Of a DNA stretch of 64,000 nucleotides, positions 58,864-64,000 are shown piece by piece. The stretch lies in the NCBI GenBank assembly GCA_018670085.1, contig JABHRS010000037.1:28500-92499 (forward strand). The letters run 5' to 3'. The stretch is from an archaeon. Lineage in GTDB: Archaea; Nanobdellota; Nanobdellia; Woesearchaeales; GW2011-AR9. The position numbers and the translations under genes are program-made. How positions within the stretch are numbered: the stretch's first letter is position 1; every line of letters begins with the position of its first letter. The notes beneath the pieces are model-generated. The model saw nothing but the letters and a program-made list of their open reading frames with translations. It had not been told where the DNA came from and searched no databases.

Positions 58864-61800
58864 ATGGCATACGACATACCACCACCACTAAGGCACAAGG
58901 AAGCCATTCTCTGGGGCCTGAACTGGAACCAGATCGGCTACGCAGCGCCAGCTCTGATCTTCAGCCTCTTTATCATCCTTAAAGCACCTTTTCCAATCGA
59001 AGTGTCTTTAGCAATTTCTGGTATTATTGTCACAATTGCTGTCTTCTTCATGTTCTTCAACGGCTTAAACAGAGCAAAGAACTTGATTCATCACCTTTTT
59101 AATCAAGAAGTAGAAGTTAATTCTGATACACTCAAAAGTATTGTAGACATTCAAAAAATTGAAAACGATATTGTATACAATTCATCACAAAAATTAGCAG
59201 TTTTAGAAATCATCCCCTTGAACTTCCTCATCAAAACAAAGGAAGAACAAGAAACAATCATTCTTGGATTTCAGAAGTTTCTCAATAGCTTAGATTTTCC
59301 AATCCAAATTCATGTGAGTAGCCATGAAATAGATTTGAAAGAGCATTTTGCAAAAGTATCAAAGAAATCAAAGAACTACAAAGAACTTTTCAAGTCATAC
59401 AAACAGTTTATTGAGGAGTCTACTAAAGATATCAAAAACAGAAAATTCTACATCATTATCAACGAGAAAGACAACTTAGAAATTCAAACAAAAGTCTGCG
59501 AAGAAAAATTACGTTGCTTAGGATTGAAAGTACAAAGACTGCAAAGTAATCAATTACTCAATTTATTCTTTGAATATATTGCAAACAATAAACAAAAAGA
59601 ACTGAAGGAAGGAGAAGAAATAGAAAATTATACTCATCATTTGCTTTCACCCAACAAAATCACCTTTTTTCATGATTTTTTGCAAGTAGATGATAATTTC
59701 TATAAAATTATTGCAGTCACAGGTTATCCTCATTCTGTTGAGATGGGTTTTCTGGATAAAATAATTTCATCTGGTGATAATTATGATGTCTCCTTGCATA
59801 TTGATCCCTTTCCAATTGAAGATATGATGATTCAACTCAATAGAGAATTACAAAAACAACAATCAGACTTGTATGCAGATAGTAACAAAGGAATCATTAA
59901 TCCTTCTTTAGAGATCAAATACAAATCAACTAGAGCTGTGTTAGAAGATTTGCAGAAAGGTAAGCAAAAACTCTTCGATGTGTCTTTGTATGTGATGTGC
60001 AAGGGATCCAGTAAGGAAGAAGCTGCCTTGTTATCTAAGAAGGTGAAAGCTGATTTTGATGGCCTGATGATTCAAAGTACGCAGCCAACTTTTCAGATGC
60101 AACATTGCTATGAATCAATGCTTCCGTTAGGGCGCGACACTGTAAAGATCAAGCGAAATATTCACACTACTGGATTATCAGCGTTCTTTCCCTTTAGTTC
60201 GCCTTTCTTAGATGTTGATAATGATGGGATATTATTAGGTCTTAACAAGAATGGAATTCCTTACATCAAAGACATTTTCCAATTAACTAATCAAAATGGT
60301 TTAGTCCTGGCTACTAGTGGTGCTGGGAAGAGTTATTATGTGAAGTTAATGATTTCTCGTCAGCACCTCAATGGCTGTGATGTGATCATAATTGACCCAC
60401 AAGGAGAGTATTTAGCAATTACAGAACATTACAAGGGAGAAACAATAACCATCTCTAAGGACTCAGAAACGATCATCAACCCTCTTGATTTAATGGGTCA
60501 TGAATATCTTGAGAAACGATTGTCTTTAATGGATTTATTTCAAATTATGTTTGGTGAATTAACAGAAATTCAAAAAGCTATTTTGGATAAATCAATTGAT
60601 TTAACCTATGCTAGAAAAGGAATCAATAGAGATAGTTATGATAAGAAGCCTCCAAAATTACAAGATTTGTACCAAGTTCTCAAAAGTTTAGAAGGTGAAT
60701 GTGCACAACAAGAGAAAGTTACCTATCGTGCATTATTGAATCGTTTAGGAATGTATACTGGCAATGGTGTGTTTTCTTTTTTGGATAAAGACACCAATAT
60801 TGATTTTGATAACAATTTTGTCTGTTTCAATATAGGAGATATGCCAAAACAAGTCAAACCAGTTGTGATGTATTTAGTTCTAGATTTTGTCTATATGCGA
60901 ATGAAGAAGTCTTTGCAAAGAAAGATTTTAGTGATCGATGAAGCATGGAGTTTATTGCAGACCGCAGAAGAATCATCATACATCTTTGAGATCGTTAAAA
61001 CCTGCCGTAAATACAATATGGGCCTATTAATGATAACTCAAGATGTAGGTGATTTAGTTGGTTCCAAAGCAGGAGCTGCGGTACTCGCGAATACTTCCTA
61101 CACATTTCTTTTACGTCAAAAATCAGCTATTATCAGCAATGTTGCTAGAACCTTTAATCTTAGTTCTAATGAGAAAGATTACTTGGTGACTGCTGAAGCA
61201 GGCAATGGAATTATGATCTTGGAGAATGAACATCAAGAATTGAAAGTGATTGCCTCAGAGAAAGAACATGAATTAGTCACAACCAACCCTGATGAAATGA
61301 TCAAGAAAAATGAGAAGAAGAAAGGCAAGAAGATACCTAAAGGTGAAGTTGAGATCATGTTAAGTATTGAGCAAGATGTGTATCCAGCAAATGACTTAAC
61401 TATTGAAGATCAAAATTTCTTGGTTAATCATGACTATGTTCTTGGCAGTTATCATGGTTTGAGCAAAGGCAGGCAAAAAGAATACTTTGTGAAGAAAAGA
61501 AAACCAGAGGGAGCCTTGCATACCTATTATGTGAATTTGATCTATGAAGAGATTAGAAAGCATACTAAGAATGCTTTGAAGAGTAGAACTAAAGAACCAG
61601 ATATTGTGTTTACTAACGCACAAGGAGAGAAGATAGCAATTGAAGTAGAGTCTGGGATTGATGTGAAATATCTGAATAAGAAAAGATATCACAATGAAAA
61701 ATTTGCAATAAGAAAAAAACAATACGGGATGAATTGCTACATATTTTTACACAAGGTAAGGTTAGAGAATAGTTACAAACGTCATGATCTTCCTATTCTC

Positions 61801-61971
61801 TTTAGAGATAATATAGAAAACTTTGTGACCTCCCAAATGAGAGGTTACAAAGAGAATATATCGTTGAAGAATCAGACATCACAAATGGCTAATTCTAAGG
61901 GTAGAAGGTCTAAAACGCCAAAATCAGAGGTCACAAGAGACATCACAAAAACAGGAGGTAAATTAACATGA
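58864..61971 (+). CDS. VirB4/TrbE/CagE-family (CedB-like) DNA-transfer ATPase with N-terminal TM helices and a C-terminal nuclease-like extension
   Basis: Walker A LATSGAGKSYYVK. Walker B ILVIDEAWSLL (DEAW). MITQDVGDL sensor. Two N-terminal TM helices (VirB3-like). The last approx. 250 aa contain EPDIVF...KIAIEVESG. Confidence 0.85.
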   Translation: MAYDIPPPLRHKEAILWGLNWNQIGYAAPALIFSLFIILKAPFPIEVSLAISGIIVTIAVFFMFFNGLNRAKNLIHHLFNQEVEVNSDTLKSIVDIQKIENDIVYNSSQKLAVLEIIPLNFLIKTKEEQETIILGFQKFLNSLDFPIQIHVSSHEIDLKEHFAKVSKKSKNYKELFKSYKQFIEESTKDIKNRKFYIIINEKDNLEIQTKVCEEKLRCLGLKVQRLQSNQLLNLFFEYIANNKQKELKEGEEIENYTHHLLSPNKITFFHDFLQVDDNFYKIIAVTGYPHSVEMGFLDKIISSGDNYDVSLHIDPFPIEDMMIQLNRELQKQQSDLYADSNKGIINPSLEIKYKSTRAVLEDLQKGKQKLFDVSLYVMCKGSSKEEAALLSKKVKADFDGLMIQSTQPTFQMQHCYESMLPLGRDTVKIKRNIHTTGLSAFFPFSSPFLDVDNDGILLGLNKNGIPYIKDIFQLTNQNGLVLATSGAGKSYYVKLMISRQHLNGCDVIIIDPQGEYLAITEHYKGETITISKDSETIINPLDLMGHEYLEKRLSLMDLFQIMFGELTEIQKAILDKSIDLTYARKGINRDSYDKKPPKLQDLYQVLKSLEGECAQQEKVTYRALLNRLGMYTGNGVFSFLDKDTNIDFDNNFVCFNIGDMPKQVKPVVMYLVLDFVYMRMKKSLQRKILVIDEAWSLLQTAEESSYIFEIVKTCRKYNMGLLMITQDVGDLVGSKAGAAVLANTSYTFLLRQKSAIISNVARTFNLSSNEKDYLVTAEAGNGIMILENEHQELKVIASEKEHELVTTNPDEMIKKNEKKKGKKIPKGEVEIMLSIEQDVYPANDLTIEDQNFLVNHDYVLGSYHGLSKGRQKEYFVKKRKPEGALHTYYVNLIYEEIRKHTKNALKSRTKEPDIVFTNAQGEKIAIEVESGIDVKYLNKKRYHNEKFAIRKKQYGMNCYIFLHKVRLENSYKRHDLPILFRDNIENFVTSQMRGYKENISLKNQTSQMANSKGRRSKTPKSEVTRDITKTGGKLT

Positions 61972-62171
61972 AAACAGAATTGTTATGGTATTCCCTTGGA
62001 GGGTTGGTGCTTAGTTTTGGGTTATACTTTATCCAAAAATGGGTTACATTCTTTCCAGAGATTGTAGTGCAAGTAGTCTTCTGGATCTGTCTTGGCGTAT
62101 TTGGATTAGCTATGTTGATGCAGGTGTTGGTAGCTGTGAAGAAGTGGTGGGGAGAGATGCGTGGTGATTGA
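61968..62171 (+). CDS. Small two-TM membrane protein, ATGA-coupled to the VirB4-like gene
   Basis: 67 aa, two hydrophobic helices. Start overlaps the VirB4 stop. Confidence 0.45.
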   Translation: MKTELLWYSLGGLVLSFGLYFIQKWVTFFPEIVVQVVFWICLGVFGLAMLMQVLVAVKKWWGEMRGD

Positions 62172-62225
62172 GGTATTCAACCAAATTTTACAGAGTTTAA
62201 CTCTAATTATTTGTTCCTTAAAGTA

Positions 62226-62843
62226 CTATATTCTAAGATTTAACTTTTCAACAACAACTGGGTGAAGACGAACTTTAGAAAAATCACACTCACCAATAGG
62301 TGCATACTGCCAACCATTTTTATAACTAGATGGTACAAATCCCTCTCGATATTCTGGAATTTCTGTAGGAATAACACCTGCATCTGAGATTGGTTTGCGA
62401 AATCCAACTAAACTACCTCTCTGACCAATGTTAACTATATCTGGAAGAACACAAAGTTCTAACCCAACTGTTTCAAATCCCCTACTCAGTAAAGAATTTT
62501 GAATGACTGTATTATGAGTTGTTCCCTGTGCTTCTAAATATCTAAAACTTTTTTGATTAATAACTTCATCTCTCAATTTATTTAATTCTTTAAACACTCC
62601 TCTGTTTTGATAACCTGGTTTTACAAAAGAACGGCAAAGAACACCATAATCTTCTTGACTTGCCAGAGCTATATGGCCTACTACTTCATCATTACCAATA
62701 CCAATAAATGAATCATTTTTTTCTACAAATTCCTGCCATGATTGAACAGACCCATAATGTGGAAATGGTAATGTCTCATAAACTTCTTCTACCAAAGACA
62801 CAATTCTTGAAGCATCTTCTTTTGTGGCTTTTCTATGCTCCAT
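62226..62843 (-). CDS. GNAT-family N-acetyltransferase. Start placed at the internal Met (MEHRKATKEDAS...) rather than the track's 62966.
   Basis: IRKATKEDAS (typical GNAT N-terminus). VVGHIALA...VKPGYQNRGV (motif A Q/RxxGxG/A). Confidence 0.55.
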   Translation of the reverse strand: MEHRKATKEDASRIVSLVEEVYETLPFPHYGSVQSWQEFVEKNDSFIGIGNDEVVGHIALASQEDYGVLCRSFVKPGYQNRGVFKELNKLRDEVINQKSFRYLEAQGTTHNTVIQNSLLSRGFETVGLELCVLPDIVNIGQRGSLVGFRKPISDAGVIPTEIPEYREGFVPSSYKNGWQYAPIGECDFSKVRLHPVVVEKLNLRI

Positions 62844-64000
62844 TTTCCCTAGTGATTCTCGAACGTGCATGAGTGACTTCTGCGATAGGTTCAACAGAAT
62901 CAGGGAGCCCATACTGAGAAACATATTCTCTTGCAAAATCCACTCCGAATTTATCGATAAAAACACAACGAGAATAAAATGGGAGAGCAGTCATTAAATG
63001 AAGAGCTTGATTCTGGTGAACAGTTGCTTGAAATTCTTTTGCCAATTCTTTATTTGCAGGCATGGGATCTTGTCCATCAACAGTATAAGCATAATGAACT
63101 GCAAGATCACCCATTAATTGAACATTTCCTAAACCTAACTCTTGATGTCTTTGAGGATTATCTCCATCTTGTGTATGTTTAGAAAGATGATACACCAAAG
63201 CAAGATGTCCTCCAGCTAAGTAGTCCATATCCTTAATGGTTTCTGCTGTGGTGAGTACATCTTTTTGTGATTCACCAGGTATCCCAATCATGGTAAAAGC
63301 GAATGGAGCAATCCCTAACTCGTGTGTTCTTTGTAGAATTTGTAAATCGTAACGTGATGTTTTTCTCTTTGCTTCTCTTTGTATTGTTTCAGCAGAAACA
63401 GTTTCTAGACCATACATCATTCGACGATGGGGACCTCCTCTAAGAATTTCTGCCCTATCATTTAGAATCCATTTCTCAACATTAGAAAATGTTTCTAACT
63501 TAAATGGAAGTTCTCTTTTAGTGACCTCTTCAGCTACATACTTGGCAATAACTGGGTGGTGCGCTTCAATAGTATCTTTGAAAAATGTAACGCCATATTG
63601 GTCGTAGTGTGATTCTAATTCTTCCAAAAATTGTTCTGGTGTTTTCATTTGAAATCTTCCAGACATTCGAGGGATTGGACAGAAATTGCAACTATCCGCA
63701 TAGCACCCCTCACCTGATCTTACTGGAAGAGCACGTTCTGGACTAAAATATAAATCAAGATCTAAATCGGAAAAATCAGGTGTTGGCTCACTACGAACTA
63801 CAAACTTGCTAGGATTTTTCAGAACTTCATCGATAGAATTGTCTGATCTAAACGCTTTTACAATAGAAACAAAAGCAGTTGCTTGTTCATTACTCAAACC
63901 AACATCGTATGTATCTCTAAGTTCAGTTGCTTCTAACTCTGGTTTTATTCTACTAAACAGATTTCCACCTACAACAACTTTCGCACCAGTATTCTCTTTG
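62833..64000 (-). CDS. B12-binding radical SAM protein, N-terminus truncated by the window edge. The supplied start is a TTG codon.
   Basis: Reading frame stays open upstream to nt 64000, encoding ...GAKVVVGGNLFSRIKPE (B12-binding-domain signature). Cys cluster GCYADSCNFC (C-x4-C-x2-C). GLETVSAETIQ (rSAM GxE motif). Confidence 0.7.
   Translation of the reverse strand, partial: KENTGAKVVVGGNLFSRIKPELEATELRDTYDVGLSNEQATAFVSIVKAFRSDNSIDEVLKNPSKFVVRSEPTPDFSDLDLDLYFSPERALPVRSGEGCYADSCNFCPIPRMSGRFQMKTPEQFLEELESHYDQYGVTFFKDTIEAHHPVIAKYVAEEVTKRELPFKLETFSNVEKWILNDRAEILRGGPHRRMMYGLETVSAETIQREAKRKTSRYDLQILQRTHELGIAPFAFTMIGIPGESQKDVLTTAETIKDMDYLAGGHLALVYHLSKHTQDGDNPQRHQELGLGNVQLMGDLAVHYAYTVDGQDPMPANKELAKEFQATVHQNQALHLMTALPFYSRCVFIDKFGVDFAREYVSQYGLPDSVEPIAEVTHARSRITRENGA

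Noticed and set aside
62844-62966. N-terminal 41 codons of the track ORF 62226..62966
   Set aside because: They would overlap the upstream radical-SAM gene by 134 nt in another frame. The GNAT-typical N-terminus MEHRKATKEDAS begins at the internal ATG (62843).
1-64000. CRISPR arrays, rRNA genes, integrase or transposase genes
   Set aside because: No regularly spaced direct repeats. No rRNA-like conserved blocks. No ORF with a tyrosine/serine-recombinase or DDE motif recognised by eye. Element mobility inferred above therefore rests on repeats and composition only.

Overview
This is a low-GC (about 32-35%) archaeal chromosomal segment. The archaeal assignment rests on ribosomal protein L15e, an archaeal-type IleRS, an SPC18-like signal peptidase, a FlaK/PibD-type prepilin peptidase, split Alg14/Alg13, and an intron-containing tRNA. 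Gene content and the many lineage-specific hypothetical proteins suggest a small-genome, DPANN-like lineage, but that is inference.

The core genes are a phosphoketolase plus acetate kinase pair, IleRS, L15e, L11, inorganic pyrophosphatase, MsrAB, signal peptidase I, two HIT proteins, and two B12-binding radical-SAM-like proteins. The second of these (62833..>64000) runs off the window edge.

Accessory content:
- A 6.5-kb gene for a 2166-aa parallel-beta-helix surface protein.
- A type-IV-pilus-like operon with a class-III-signal pilin, an A24 prepilin peptidase and proline-rich coiled-coil proteins.
- A block of hypothetical proteins at 20.8-29.9 kb, including two tandem paralogues.
- A tRNA hotspot at 52.1-54.7 kb. 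An intron-containing tRNA is followed by a free-standing LAGLIDADG homing endonuclease gene. That gene is bounded by about 21-bp inverted repeats and a 14-bp direct duplication of the tRNA 3' end. A clean tRNA-Ser(GGA) follows, whose 5' end is also duplicated 67 bp upstream.
- Immediately downstream of tRNA-Ser, a compositionally distinct (about 38-42% GC) ATGA-coupled operon (55041-62171). It encodes a VirB2/CedA1-like two-TM protein, a VirB6/TrbL-like polytopic membrane protein, small membrane and zinc-ribbon proteins, and a 1035-aa VirB4/TrbE-family ATPase. The ATPase carries a C-terminal Hjc-like PD-(D/E)xK nuclease-like extension.

The ATGA-coupled operon at 55041-62171 is the best candidate for an undescribed T4SS/Ced-like DNA-transfer system, possibly on an integrated element. 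No CRISPR array, rRNA or integrase was found. All calls come from reading motifs by eye. No database searches were run.
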